Below, piece by piece: positions 37,660 to 51,335 of a stretch of 64,000 nucleotides of DNA (within the stretch, counting starts at the first letter, position 1; every line of letters begins with the position of its first letter). Below the pieces are notes generated by a model. The model made no database searches, was not told where the DNA came from, and saw only the letters and a list, made by a program, of their open reading frames with translations. Source of the DNA: the human T2T-CHM13v2.0 reference genome, Homo sapiens; NCBI RefSeq assembly GCF_009914755.1, contig NC_060933.1; one strand, written 5' to 3'. The position numbers were made by a program, and so were the translations under genes.

Positions 37660-39300
37660 TTTTTTTTTTTAACTTTCTACTTTGAAAAAATTTAAACTCT
37701 TCAGAAAAGTTGAAAAATAATCCAAAAACCTCCCATATTCCCTTCATCCAGATTCCTCAATTGTTAACAATTTTCCACTTCTTTTTCTAGCATTCTCTCT
37801 GTTTTGTACATACCCAACTGCACATATACTATTTTTTCTGAGCCATTTGCAAATAAGTTACATCAGTTTATAGTTCTTAAAAACAAGGATATTCTCCTGC
37901 ATAACGCCAGTACAACCATCAAAATCAGGAAGTTAGCATTGACCCAATAATGCTGCCTGATGCATACATCCAGTTGAAATTTCTGTTGTCCCCATAATGT
38001 CCTTTATATGTCTTGGATCCATTCCAGTAACGTGTTGATTTAGTTGCCATGTCTTTTTACTCTCTTTTAGTCTGAAAGAATTCTTTAGTCTTTCCTTTTC
38101 TTTCATGACTGACATTTTTAAACAGAGCAGAATTGTTACTTTGTTAAATGTTTCTCAGTATAGGTTTGTATAATGATTCTTCAAGATCTATGAGCTTTTT
38201 ATAGAAATATTAGCCAAATATTCTTCTCATGGCATCATATTGTTAAGTACCAAATGCTAATTTGTACCATTACTGGAGATATTAACTTTTATCACTTGGT
38301 TAAAAGGTGTCTATAAGGTTTCTCTACTATGAGGTTAGCTAATAGGTATTTTGTACTCATCAATTAATGATTAATAAGATTGCATTTTGTGGGTAAATTC
38401 ATGTCTTCTACTGTAAGTTGGAGCTTTTCCTTCTATCCTATGTATTTATACTGGTATAGATGAATGGATTTCTTTTTTAACTCAATGGATTATAGCCTGT
38501 AAATATCGTTCCTCATTTTGATACTCAAATTGTTCTAGACTTGACCAGTGGTGCCTTTCAAACTGGCTCCAGTGGCGTCTCCACCTGTTACCATCATTCA
38601 TTCAGCAATTCCTTGGTTTATCATACAACAGAACATTCCAGGTGTCTTGTATTAGTCTGTTCTCGCACTTCTATAAAGAAATACCCGAGACTGGGTAATT
38701 GATAAAGAAACGAGGTTTAATTGGCTCCCAGTTCTGCAGGCTGTACAGGAAGCATGAGGCTGGCATTTGCTCAGGAAGTGTATAATCATGGTAGAAGGCA
38801 AACGGGGAGCCAGCACTTCATATGGCCGGAGCAGGAGGAAGAGAAGCAGGGAGGTGCTACACACGTTTGAACCACCAGATATCGTGAGAACTCTGTCACT
38901 ATACAGTACCAAGAGGGGATGGTGCTAAACCATTGATAAGAACTCTACCCCATGATCCAATCACCTCCCACCAGGCTGCACCTCCAACAGTGGGGATACA
39001 ATTGAACATGAGATTTGGGTGGGGACACAGATCCAAACCATATCACTTATCTTGATAAGTGACTTTCCTTTCTTCAGCTCTGGAACCATCAATACTCTTT
39101 AGTTGTTCCTCTACTTTATGTAATCTTTATTTTATGTATTATTTTACATATTACTTTATGTAATATGTAAAATTATTTTACATTTTACATTATTTTACAT
39201 ATTACTTTATGTAATCATTATTTTAGTAGAGAAGCATATACAGAAAGCAAGAACCAAGACTGCCCATTGGGTGAGGGGTGCCAGTGTTTCTAGGTACTTT
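37660..39300 (-). mobile_element. L1MC-type 3' fragment split by MSTA
   Basis: cagaaaagttgaaaaat...ccagattcctcaattgttaac...aaaacaaggatattctcctgcataac. Confidence 0.65.
38648..39045 (-). mobile_element. MSTA MaLR solo LTR
   Basis: tgtattagtctgttctcgc...ggctgtacaggaagcatg...ggggacacagatccaaaccatatca. Confidence 0.9.
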
Positions 39301-39317
39301 TAATAAGCAGATCTAGA

Positions 39318-39574
39318 ACACCCACACACAGAGCACATACAGACACACACACACAGGCATACAGTTACAGATACAGATACACAGACACATACACAGACAG
39401 GCAGAGAACACACAGACAGGCAGAGCACACATAGACACATATACAGACATACATAGATACAGACACACACACAGACCCACAGACCCACAAACATGCACAG
39501 ACACACACACAGGCACAGACACATACAAACATACACACAGATGTACACATACACAGACACACAGATACACACAC
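39318..39574. repeat. Degenerate (CA)n/(CAGA)n microsatellite
   Basis: About 250 bp of acacagacacat-type repeats. Confidence 0.95.
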
Positions 39575-40689
39575 CTGAGCCAGAACTGTAGCATTGAATC
39601 AAAGATAGAGCCTGTTCTATCTTTTGACCCTCAATTATTTGTATCAGTACATTTTCTTTTTAATGAAGCCAATTTGAATGGGGTTTTCTGTTATTTGCTG
39701 ATGAAAGCAACCTAACTGATAAACACAGATAATGGTTATATGCACCAGGCTCAGTTCTCAGAAGCTGGAATACAGAGATAAATAAGCCTAATGAGATCAA
39801 ATTAAATATTATAATAAATTCTATGATAAGGAAGACACAAGACACAGTATAAGCTCAGAGGAAGTCTGCGTGAGGTATTGCCTAAACTAGCCAGAAGTTT
39901 GCTATACATAGACATCACAGAAGAAGGAGAAGCCATTATAGACAAAGAATTCGGTGCAAAGACTTGGAATGCCAAAAGCTGAAGGAGGGTGGTGATAGAG
40001 GTGTTCATGTTTGAATAAAAAGTATGAGTCGTTAATTTAATAATGATACATATGTTGGTCATATATGGGTGCTGTAAAGATATCTCTGCTGACTGTATGG
40101 GGATAAATATGTCCAGAGGTTATGGGGAATTGAGATAAAAGGCTAAATTCTTCCAGGGCAGGAGGAATTCAAAGTTATAAATTCATTCCTCTGAAATGCC
40201 TCTTCTTGTGAGAATGGATTGTGGTGTGCGCCCTACTTCTCTGAAGAGTATGCTGAGTTTGATTCATGAACCTGAATAATTTTCTTAATTTTACTGACAA
40301 CACTGTGTATTGGACATGATAGCAGAGGCCAGGAAGCTGTCTGTCTCAAGACCTGAGGCTGTTTACTCCTTTAATCCAAGATGGCAGATATGCCTACACA
40401 TGAGTTCTCTTCAACTAAGTCGTAGAACACAATCTCCTGGGCCAAAACTCAATCATTCTCTGAAATAGCATCTCTGCTCTGTGGATTCTTTCTGCCACTC
40501 CAGAATTGGTCTCTTCCCAGTGACACAGATCTGGTGCAGTTTTGATATGATGTTGGCAGTTGCAACTTTTGGGAAAAGGCAATAAGAATCTGTCTGCTTA
40601 GTGATCTCCATAAAAACCTAGAGCACCAGTCATGTCACTATATTGCTTAACTAATTTTAAAGAAAATTTAGCTTGTATCATTTTAATTA

Positions 40690-40960
40690 AAATCCAACAA
40701 GAGGACAAGACCCAATAAAAGAAAGAAAAGGGGCAAATTTTGGAAAGAAAGGCATAATCATTATTTTAGGTTATAAGATATATCTACAAAATCAGAAAGA
40801 ACTAACAAAAATAATATTGAAATAGAGAAGGCAATTTAGAAAGTAGTCTACATACAAGATAAGTAGAGTAAGAACCAATTAAGTATCAGCATTAAGAAGA
40901 TAGAACATTTAATAATATACTGTACATCAAAAAACAAAATAAAATTATTGATGAAGAGAT
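40690..40960 (+). mobile_element. Old L1M ORF2 fragment
   Basis: A-rich text resembling the region around the L1 RT domain (atatatctacaaaatc...aaagtagtctacatacaagataa). Confidence 0.4.
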
Positions 40961-41140
40961 ATAAACTGTCCAGCAACCTTACCTTCCTTCAGACAACCAA
41001 ATGTCATTGTCAACTGAACTGAATTGAGCATGAAGGCTAACAATTATTTAGCATACACTGTAACTCTTTTTGTTGCCAAGTACTCTTAGAACTTGTACCA
41101 TGATTCTCCCAGGAATCCTTATGGTATATACTACAAGCCC

Positions 41141-41551
41141 TGCTATGGCTTGAATGTGTCTTCCAAAGTTGGAATTTAATCTCCAAGTTGTTGTAAACTT
41201 AATCTCCAATGCAACAGTGTTGGGAGGTGCAGCCTACTAAGAGGTGGTTAGGATATGAGGTCTCTGGCTTCGTGAATAGATTGATTTTATCATTGCAGCA
41301 GTGAGTTTGTTATGGTCCCAGTAGGTTGTTGTGAAAGTGAGTCCAGCCCCTTTTTACTTTCTCACTCTCTTGCAAGCTCTTACCATTTCACCTTCCACCA
41401 TGAGATAATGTACCAAAAAGGCCCTCACCAGATACTGGACCCTCAAATATGGACATCCCAGCCTCCAGAAATAGGAGAAATAAATGGATTTTCTTTATAA
41501 AATATACAGTCTGTGATATTCTGTTATAGCAACAAAAACTGGACTAAGACA
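41141..41551 (+). mobile_element. MST (MSTB/C-like) solo LTR inserted in a MIR
   Basis: tgctatggcttgaatgtgtc...cccagcctccagaa...ggactaagaca; TSD agccc/agtcc. Confidence 0.85.
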
Positions 41552-41909
41552 AGTCCCATTCCGCATATAAGAAAATTGAGACACAAGAGAGTCTCGAGAT
41601 CATACAGCTAGTAAATGGCAGCATGGAATTAAAATCCTGTCTGCTTAACTCAAAATTCATAGTATTTTTTTATAATAACATGCTCTAGATTGAGTTTTCA
41701 GTTGTCAAATTATCTCCTTAAGTGAAAGTTGTTCTTTTTTTATGAGAAAACACAAACTGCTATCTTCCACCCTGGCTCTTTTATATTTGTAGGTCAACAT
41801 TTTTTATATTTGGCTTCCATGCAGTTTTCTCTCTAGTCCCACAGGTGAAACACTCCAATCCATAGTCAGTACTCTATATCTAGTTTGATTTAGAATAGCT
41901 GATACTTGT

Positions 41910-42224
41910 AGCCCGGGTGTGGTGGCTGATGCCTGTAATCCCAGCAATTTGGGAGGCCAAGGTGTGTGGATTACTTGAAGTCAGGAGTTCGAGACCAGCC
42001 TGGCCAATATAGTAAAACCCCATTTCTACTAAAAACACAAAAAATTAGCCAGGTATGGTGGTGCACAGCTGCAATCTCAGCTACTCGGGAGGCTGAGGCA
42101 CTCGGGAGGCTGAGGCACAAGAATTGCTTGAACCTGGGAGGTGGAGGTTGTAGTGAGCCTAGATCAGGTCATTGCACTTCAGCCTGGGTGACAGAGCAAG
42201 ACTCTGTCTCAAAAAGAAAAAAAA
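41910..42224 (+). mobile_element. AluS (Sx/Sz-like) with a 17-bp internal tandem duplication
   Basis: Full Alu; actcgggaggctgaggc twice (42083-42116); TSD agaatag(c/a)tgatac. Confidence 0.95.
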
Positions 42225-42838
42225 AGAATAGATGATACATTAGATGATACATGTATAGCGAAAACAAAAATGTAGCAATATTATTTTAAAATTAGTTCCT
42301 TTGTTTTAAAAGTTAAATGTAGAGAATTTGTGGCATTTTGTCTTGGTTGTTCAAATTAAAACTTGAAAGAGACGGAGGAGGAATTGTGGAGGTCCTGTTG
42401 ATTGGATTAAATGTCCTTACTAGAGTGAAGTTCTCATAGAGCATTCCCCAGCTGTGACTTTCCAAATGTTACGGCCTTATTAATCAATGTCATCTTCCAT
42501 ATCAAAAGTCCAAATGCTTCCTTCCTGCTTTGTATTAAAATTTTCTCCAGGGATTGGATCTTTCCATTATCCTTCCTTCTGAAGAATGTGTCTATGTATA
42601 ACTGGCAAGAGAACATGGGGGAGTCTTTCTGAAACTTTGTGGCTTCTGCCTAAAATAATTTATTCAAAATGTTTTGGGAAATTATTCTACAGATTCTTTT
42701 AAATGGAGAAATAATACAAAGTCCAAAAATTGCCTTGGTTTGGGGATACCGGCTTTTAAAAAGATCTCATTATTCCTTCTTTTGGTGATTAGTATTTCGT
42801 GCTTGGTGGGTTAAGAATAAATGAGCTGGAAATACCGT

Positions 42839-43225
42839 TGTTTTAGTCCATTTTGTGCTGCTATAACAAAATACCTGAGAAAGGATAATTTATAAAGTAA
42901 AGGAATTCGTCATAATTCTGGAGGCTGGGAAGTCCAAGACTGAGGGGCTGCATCTGGTGAGGGCCATCTTATTGCATCATAACGTGATGGAAAGCATCAC
43001 ACAGTGAGTGAACTCATGTAAGAGAGAAAGGGAGGTCTGAACTAACTTTTATAACAAATCCATTTTGGTGATAATGAACCCACTTCCACAATAACAACAT
43101 TAATCCCTTCATGAAGGCAGATCCTTCATGACCTGATACCTCTTAGAGGTCTCACCCTGAAACACTGTTACATTTGGGCTAGTTTCCAACATGCGAATTT
43201 TATAGGACACATTCAAACCATAGCA
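42839..43225 (-). mobile_element. MST (MSTC/D-like) solo LTR
   Basis: tgttttagtccattttgtgctgctataac...ggacacattcaaaccatagca; TSD accgt/accat. Confidence 0.85.
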
Positions 43226-43281
43226 ACCATTAATGGGTATATATTGGTGAGGTTTCTGATATGAATAGCAAATATGATATG

Positions 43282-43657
43282 TGTATTAGTCCATTCTCAC
43301 ATTGCTATAAAGAACTACCCGAAACTGGGTAATTTATAAAGGAGAGAGGTTTAATTGACTCACAGTTCTGCATGGCTGGGGAGGCCTCAGGAAACTTACA
43401 ATCATGGTGGAAGGAGAAGCAAACATGTCCTTCTTCACGTAATGGCAGGAAGAAATGCTGAGCAAAAGGGGAAAAATCCCCTTATAAAACCATCAGATCT
43501 AATAAGAAGTCACTCACTATCATGAGAAAAGCAGCATGGGGGTAACCACCCCTATGATTCAATTACCTCCCCACCAGGTTCCTCCCACAACATGTAGAAA
43601 TTATGGAAACTGCAATTCAACATGAGATTTGGGTGGGTACACAGCCAAACCATATCA
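43282..43657 (-). mobile_element. THE1 (C/D-like) solo LTR
   Basis: tgtattagtccattctcac...cacagccaaaccatatca; perfect TSD atatg. Confidence 0.9.
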
Positions 43658-45559
43658 ATATGATATAGTAGAAAGAACATAGGGTTGGAATTGCATATAA
43701 CTTTATTCAATATCTGGATCTCTCACTTATGAAATGTACAAAACAGTTACATAGATGCTTTTGTTTGCAAATGATATATAGAGTAAGAAAAAATAATTTT
43801 TCCATTAGATTTGCTGTTCAACACTTCACATGCTTTTATTTCTCCCTTGAAGGTCTTCCCCTTCTTATATACTCAGATAATGTTTGCTTAGTCTTTTAAG
43901 CTTAATTCAATATTTATTTCCTCTGTGATGACTTCAACTATTCCTCTCCCCCAGGAAGAATGGGTATTCTCTCTCTGACTCCCAGATTACTTCACACTAT
44001 TGTAAATATCACACTAAACTGGAATAATTTATCTTCCCAGATGTATCCCTAGTTAGACTCTGCCAAGATTGGTCTTCATATCCACAATGCCCAGCCTAGT
44101 GCCTGATATCCTGTAAGTGTTCAAAAGTGTTTGTTTTGATATACTGGGCCTATATAAATAGAGTCATTTTCAGAATAAATTTACTATTGCCTGAATTTTC
44201 TGGATAATTTTGCCAATTAGTCATTGGTGATTGAATCACAGAGTCAAATGCTAGAATGCCAGATCTGACTCATCCAACTCATCATTTCTGTTCCATCTTT
44301 ATAGTTATCATCATATCCACCTATCCCCTCCATTGGTATTAATATTTTCTTATGTTGAGAAAATAACATAAAAACTTAAGAACAACTGTAAAAACTGAAT
44401 TACTTTACATTCATTCTAAGAACTTATGTGACATCAAGTGTATGAGATGATAATTATCTTCTAGTGCACATTACAATAATTTATAACTGCTGAAATGTTT
44501 AGAAGTTTGTCCATGTAGTACCCATAAACATTTTACATATTGCCAGTGAAACACAGAGTGTTTCCCAAAGAAACACTTAGCTTTGGGTCTTTCTTACTTA
44601 CAAGTGAGGACTTTACATGTTCAGAGAAATAAATGTCTAACCTGTGGTCTCACAGCTGCAGATCCTGGACAAAAATCTTCGTCTTCTTAGCTGGCCTTCA
44701 ATGACAGTTTTATGAATTAAGCCAAATATGTACATTTCCTTGGTTCCTCAGCACTTTGAACAGCCTTTGTCATTGCTTCAGGCTTTTGAGGGTAGGGTGA
44801 AAGCAAGACACTACACAGCTCCCTGCCTGTGCCCTAGCAACCAAGCACAACACAGATGGCCAGCCTGGCAATCTGCCCAGCAGACACTGATTGCATACCT
44901 GGTGGTAAGACACAATGGTGTTTGCACAGTGTGGTTGGCATTTATAGTGATAGGCAATGAAGACTGCATCCTGTGCCTTCAGGCCAGTTTGCTGGTTTCC
45001 AGACCAGAGGCAATAACTTTCCACTAGTGTAATGACAACTTGTCTCTTGCAGCTGGATCATGTTAGGAGAGTAGGAATTTTATTTTTGCTCCCTTTTCAA
45101 TGGTGCCTTGTAATAATAGGGTAGTATTTTCCCAATATGTTTCTTGCCAGTTGTACACATGTATTGGCTCCTGAAGCCCTGAACATTCATTGGCATCAAA
45201 GAATGGGAATGGTCCCTATTTATAGGAGAGCAGTCCCCATTCTACAGGTGAAGAGAATACACCTTATACCAATCCAAGAAGCATTTATTATATGCCTGTT
45301 ATTATTTGTTAAATTGAGTGAATGACTATTGTGTATAAGCCATTCTACCAGGCCTTGGGCATAGAAAGATACATAACATAAGCATGACTCAAGAGGCACT
45401 CAGACCAGTAGATGTGACAGACATTTAAACTAATAACATGATGAGTGGTCTAATAGAGGGGTGTACCTAGCACTGTGGGAACACAAAGGAGGGGGCTGTT
45501 AATCCTTCCTAGAGGTTAAAAATGAAAGCTAAATTGATGCTGAACACTGCATCCAGGGA

Positions 45560-45812
45560 TATGCATTATGGCAAGTTGGTGAGAGCTCTTGTTCTGCTGC
45601 CTCACGAATCTGTGTTCAAGTTCCCACTTTGCTAATTACTCCTTTTGTAGTTTTAGGCAAGTCTCAAAGCTTTCCAGATCTCATTGTATATATAATGGAG
45701 ACAGAGTTCATGCCTTATATATGTATATAAAGTGAGAACAAAATGAAATACTCATTATAAAGTGCTTAGCATTTTTTTCTGGCATCTAGTATGTGTTTAA
45801 TAAATATTAGCT
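45560..45812 (+). mobile_element. MIR SINE
   Basis: gttcaagttcccactttgct...taggcaagtc...taaagtgcttagc...taaatattagct. Confidence 0.65.
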
Positions 45813-46894
45813 CCAGTTGTCATTCTTATCATTATTGTTATTATGTGATGATGATGTGGGTTGCCTTGCAGGCAGACTTATGATGTGGTATTATCATTGG
45901 CATCAGAATATGCTGGCTACAGATTCACCCTTGAGTTTGACTACCTATGTGTCTTTGAGCAGAGTCTTCACTGTTCTGAAGTGATTTACTTTACATGACC
46001 AAGATGGATAAGTAGGCCACTTATCATCATCTCCTAAGATTCCTTCTAAAAACAAATCTTTTGAACAAGGTTGGGCATTTCCAGAATTTTGGTTCTTTTA
46101 GAATGTCTCATTAAGCTTTCAGAGGCATTACTCATTAGGTTTCAGATATAACATGTTTTTGGAGAAATAACACAATATGATGTGGCACATTGCATTTTCT
46201 GGCGTATGAGCCAAATTTGGACTAGTTGCACAATCTCAAGATGCATGTAAGACTCGGAACTTGTGTTCTGATGAAGCAGGAAAAATGGACAGATGTTGAG
46301 CTAATGTCCAGGAAATGACAAAAGTTATGTTTGAAGAAAATAGCTTCAGACAGGGGAATGCTCACGGTTAATGGGAATCCAATGTAATGGATGTTGTACA
46401 GGAGGGAGATGTGGAGTGGTGGTGGTGCACAGTGTGCTGTGGATGCGCAGAAGTGAGTTCTTCATCCTTTCTGGGGTGTTGGAAGGTGAGTTTGGCAGAG
46501 CCATAAAAAGATGAATCAGAGTCACCAAGTGGAGCAGATGAGAAAGGATAGCCCAGGCAAAGGGAAGAGAATTGCAGCTACCTGGAAGAATTGGCATATG
46601 TTTGGGGAATGGTGAGATGCAACTAGTTTGGTGTATCTGGGGAAAATTGTGTCAGAATAGACTGGAGAAATTGACTGGAGTCAGATTGCAGGAAGGGATG
46701 GAAAACTACTCTCAGTTGAGTCCCCTCATGTGCTTCTCTACTCCCACCCCATCACTCTCTCTACATAACTGAAGTGGTCAGTAATGAATGCCAAGTATGT
46801 GCTATGCATCATACAAAGTGGTTTACATATTTAATCTCTTAATCTTCACAAAAATGGAAAAATTTGTGTCTTAACTAGAAGCAAATTTGGCTGA

Positions 46895-47370
46895 CAGTAA
46901 TATTGTCATTTCCTTGCTTTCAAATAACGAGGCATAAACAAGATATAAATTTGTTTTTCTCTTATGTACAACTCTGGCATTCAGGGTTATCCTGAGGGCT
47001 CTGGTCCAGGAGAGTTTTTCAGGTACATAGGTGCTTCTGTTTTGTTGCTCTTCTATCTTAATTCCCCAGGCCATGTCATAGCCCAAATTTGGCTTCTCTG
47101 GTTCTAGATATCTTGTTTGTATTCTTGTCAGCAGCAGGGAGGAAGAGAAGAGAGTCATGGGAGCATACTAGGTGTGTTCTAAGAAAGCTTTCTGGAAGCT
47201 TCCTCACAGTGTTTTTGCTAGCATCTTGTCCAGAAGTTAGTCAAATTGCTGCAACTAGTTGCAGAAGATACTAGAACATGTAATATTTATTATGGGTAGC
47301 CATGTGCTCAGCTAGTAATGGGAGTTCTTTCACTGTGGAAAAGGGGTGAAAGAATAGTTGTATCTACTAA
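46895..47370 (-). mobile_element. MLT1J-like LTR inside a MIR
   Basis: ctttctggaagctt...ccagaagttagtc...agttgcagaagatactag...gggtagccatgtgctcagcta. Confidence 0.55.
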
Positions 47371-47527
47371 AGGTGGATTTTTATCCAATTTTCCAGATAA
47401 AGAAATTGAGGATTAGAGAAGCAGGATAACTTGTCCTTGGTGGCACAGTTGATGAATGCCTAAGATTTCCACTGATGCCAGTTCTAGTGGTTCTAACCAC
47501 AGGACTTGCTCTTCAACACTACTCATA

Positions 47528-48130
47528 TGTTCTAGTTTGGGGTTCCTCCCAAAAGCAGAACCAAAGACAAGTACCTGGGTGAGAATATTTGTAATGGAAT
47601 CATAGGATTACCAACAATTCTGGTTTTCTGACAGCTGAAGGTGGTCCTGGGATGCAGGACTTTCAGTTTTAAAACTGAAATGTTCTGGAAAACTGTCCTG
47701 AGGATGAGATGATTCAGAAACAAGGGATAAGCACCAGGCCAAAAAAAAAAAAAAAAAAAAAGCATCATGAAGGTGCATTATGAGGCAATGGGACTCCATC
47801 TCATTGGGGCCTCTGTGAATCATGCAGGATGCCCTTTAGAATTGTTCTCCTGAAATATGGGTACCTGAAGCATGTACCCAGTAGCTCGTTTCATCATGAG
47901 TTGAGGGTTCATCCCAGAGGCTTTGACTCCAGAAGCACTTCTGGGTTTCGTCTGCCTGCACCATGAGCCAACTTGGGATGAGTGAAGAAAGTTCTGGGGC
48001 AAAACTTAGAAAGACAAATTGCAGTCCTAGATGAGGGGTCTTGGCCTTATCAGGTGAGTGGGAATGGTCTACCATAGGGAGAACTCCAATTACAGGTGAG
48101 TTGAGGGAATAAAGTGAGTATCAGAGAAAT
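47528..48130 (-). mobile_element. ERVL LTR16-family LTR with a nested MER94-like MITE (about 47602-47700)
   Basis: tagtttggggttcctcccaaaagcagaaccaaagacaag (LTR end); gggatgcaggactttcagttttaaaac (MER94 core). Confidence 0.55.
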
Positions 48131-48246
48131 CTGCTGCATCTTATTTAAGAACTTTAAAAGCTCAGATATTATTTTCACAGGGTAGTGATTTTTAAACCAT
48201 GCTTCTTTAATTCTCTGAAGGTTCCAAGAGTTTTTTCTGGACCAAA

Positions 48247-48253
<7 letters not shown>

Positions 48254-48330
<77 letters not shown>
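48254..48330. repeat. Compound (TC)n(TG)n microsatellite
   Basis: About 25 TC units directly followed by about 13 TG units. Confidence 0.97.
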
Positions 48331-48334
<4 letters not shown>

Positions 48335-49750
48335 TTATATTGCAGGAGTGCTCATTGTTTTGACTCTTTAACTTAAGCCAGAGTGGTTCTAATTTTATCT
48401 TTTACATCTTATCACTTGAATAAAAGTTTCCACAGTTTAAAAAGTTTGTAAAGCACTGGATTGAGTAATAGGCAGTTATTGCGGCACTTATGCAGGGGAA
48501 TAAATTATCAAGTAATGCTTGAAACATCCCATTCTGGCTACAGCCTGGGGAATGTGTAGGAAGATCATGCCTGCAGGCAAAGAAAACAGCTTGAAGCTGC
48601 AATCACTCAGTCAATGAAGGACATTGGAAAAGCCAGGGAGAGAATGGAGAACAAAGTACTAACAGCAAGACTTACTCTCCAGCATAACTCATACATCTTA
48701 GTTTGGGTTGCCTCCCCAAGCAGAGCCCAAGACAAGAACTTGGGTGAGAATATTTGGAAGGGAATTATAGAGTAACCAACTATTCCTGCTTGCTCACAAC
48801 TGAAGGAAGAATCTATATGTTAGAGTTCCTGGACTAGACAAGAAATTGGATTTGGATGGTAGAGACTGAGGAGGCTCAGTCTGCTGCAGAGTTTTGATTT
48901 GTCTAGCTTAGGATCAAAATGGTGCTATTTGTTGAAAAATTGATACACAGTGGAAGAAGCTGATTTGGGGAGATAATGATTCATCTGTCTAATGAGTAAA
49001 TGGCCGGCAACTGAGGTCCTTCTTTCTATAATATGTGGAAGCTTTTATTTGGGGAGGATTGTGATAATTTAGAGAAGACCCCCTGGCTCCTACCTCCTCT
49101 TGAGAACCCTCCAAGAGAGAATTATCCAGCCAGAGTGTTTGTTTTTCTCAGGGCGCAGGTAGAAAGAAATCAATTCTTCCTTCTCCGAATAAACAGATCA
49201 AGGTATGCTGTTGGTGATGCCTGAGACTCTTACCTTTCCATTCCTTAAAGAATCACTGAACATTGAATTCATTAATGGCACTTTGGATATAATGTCACAT
49301 GATGTGAAATTGGTTGTCATTAATTCATTTATACACGGGACATTCACAAAGTAACTTGGTTGACAAAACTCCCTGAAAAAGATTGACAACTTAAGAATGA
49401 TGTGGTTTCAGCCTTGACGAGCTCTTTGTGGATTTCTACTCATTTGGCCATTTAAGACTCTTCATTGTCCTTCACTCATGGCAACACACTGATAAAATTA
49501 GTGAAAAAAATAAAACAGTAACAACAAACACCAAAAAACCTCATCTTACTAAAATAGAATAACATCCACAATCTTTAAAGCTTACTTGAAAACTATCACA
49601 CATGAAAGGAAGAAAGAATGGATTTCTCAAAATCTGAACCTTAGGCAGGTGTATATGGTGACCATTTTGGCTTCTTAAGATATAATATGAGACATAAATG
49701 ACTTGCAATGATGACGGGCTGCTTTAGAAATACCCCTTCATTCCTTTTGC

Positions 49751-49951
49751 TTTTTTTTTTTTTTTGAGAAAGGGTCTCGCTCTGTCACCCAGACTGGAGT
49801 GCAGTGGCACAATCATGGCTCACTGCAGGTTCAGGTGATCCTCCCACCTCAGCCTCCCAAGTAACTGAAACTACGAGTGCACGCCAACACACCCAGTTAA
49901 TTTTTTTTGTATTTTTTGTAGAGATGGGGTTTCACCATGTTGCTCAGGCTG
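49751..49951 (-). mobile_element. AluJ-like partial element
   Basis: Poly(T), right arm with a small deletion, part of the left arm. Confidence 0.85.
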
Positions 49952-50749
49952 TTGCTTAATCCTTTAAAGCCATCAGCTGCCCCAGGATTCATCCTTATTC
50001 TCTTTTTAAATAAATGGGTATTTTGGGTGGAAATTTCAAGAAATACGGAAGTATATGAAAGCACTTTTAAATTATGTGTGTGTTAAAAAAAGAATACTAC
50101 ATATGAATATTATAAGGATGATGTATTATAACTCGTATCAACTGCATACACTAGCAAGTCCTGCCAACCAAGCAACTTTGGAGTACAAATTGTCTTTTCC
50201 TTGATTAGACTTAGGTCTCCTGGATCTTAGCTGCAGGGCTGCTGTTCACAAACAGAGTGCTGAAACTCTCAGGTTGTTTAGCACCCAGCTGAGGGGGTAG
50301 AGATTTTCATACATGAGTTATTCTAAGATCCCCCAATTGAAAAGAATCTCCCTCTTAAATACCAACATAAATAGGGCAAGATGTCATACAAGTTATATGA
50401 AAATGAACGTGATGCAAGATATGGTCCTTCTCCATCCCTGCAGGATTCCCACTTTACCCCAACTGTGCCAGAATCCATGGCTCAGTCTTCCATCCAATGA
50501 AGCATGCTGTATCCAGACTGAGGATTACTGAATGCTTATTGGCCCTAAAAGTACTTTATTCAAGTGAGATATTTTGTTACAATTTTATATATAAAATGAA
50601 TAGGAGCAGTTCTGCTGAAATGGGCATGAGGACCCTAGGACCCGTCTTTCTTAGGTTATTCCTCACCATGTTTGGAGGCTTCCAGGGATCTACAGAATAT
50701 AACTTGCAAATACGTGATGTAGATAATTCCAGCTTTTGAGTGCCTATGG

Positions 50750-50990
50750 GAAAGTTGACTGAGTTAATCCTCTGGGATTTGAATCCTGGCTCAAATTTTC
50801 ATGCTTTTTATGTTTTTGGAAGACATTATTTAATTTCTCTATGCCTCAACCTTCTAAACTTTTAAGGAAATAACATCTTGTTCACAACCAAATGGAGTTT
50901 CTTTGAGGATTACATGATGTAAGACATGTAAAAGAACTTAGAATTATAACTGTTACAGATTAAGCACCCCATAAATATTACACAGTATTG
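50750..50990 (+). mobile_element. MIR SINE
   Basis: tttgaatcctggctc...ttatttaatttctctatgcctca...tgaggattacatga. Confidence 0.7.
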
Positions 50991-51159
50991 TTTTATTAAT
51001 AAGGCTCTAAGTTAAATAATTATAACTTAGTTTGAGAAGTCAGTCCATGTCAGTGAGCCTATGTTCTCATTTTTTTTCTGGAATAAAAGTAATAAATAAC
51101 AACAAAAACAAAAAGAATAACATCATCAGTAACAACCACCATGAAACTCACCAATAATC

Positions 51160-51335
51160 ACTGCTTTCTAGTAATTATCTACTCTGTTTAGCCACTGTTT
51201 TATAATTTTTCTGGACCTCACAGTAGCCCTACAGGGTAAATGCCTCTTAGACCCATTTTACAGATGAGAAAATCAAGATTCATAAAAGGTAAGCCACTTC
51301 CCCATAGTCAGACAGGTAATCCATGGCAGAGCCAA
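51160..51335 (-). mobile_element. MIR SINE
   Basis: cccattttacagatgagaaaatcaag...ggcagagcca. Confidence 0.7.

Noticed and set aside
39300-39602. Cys/Val-rich ORFs
   Set aside because: Translation of a (TG)n-rich microsatellite.
48051-48119. Three GTGAGT donor-like motifs within 70 bp
   Set aside because: They lie in or at the edge of an LTR relic, and no convincing upstream acceptor was found.
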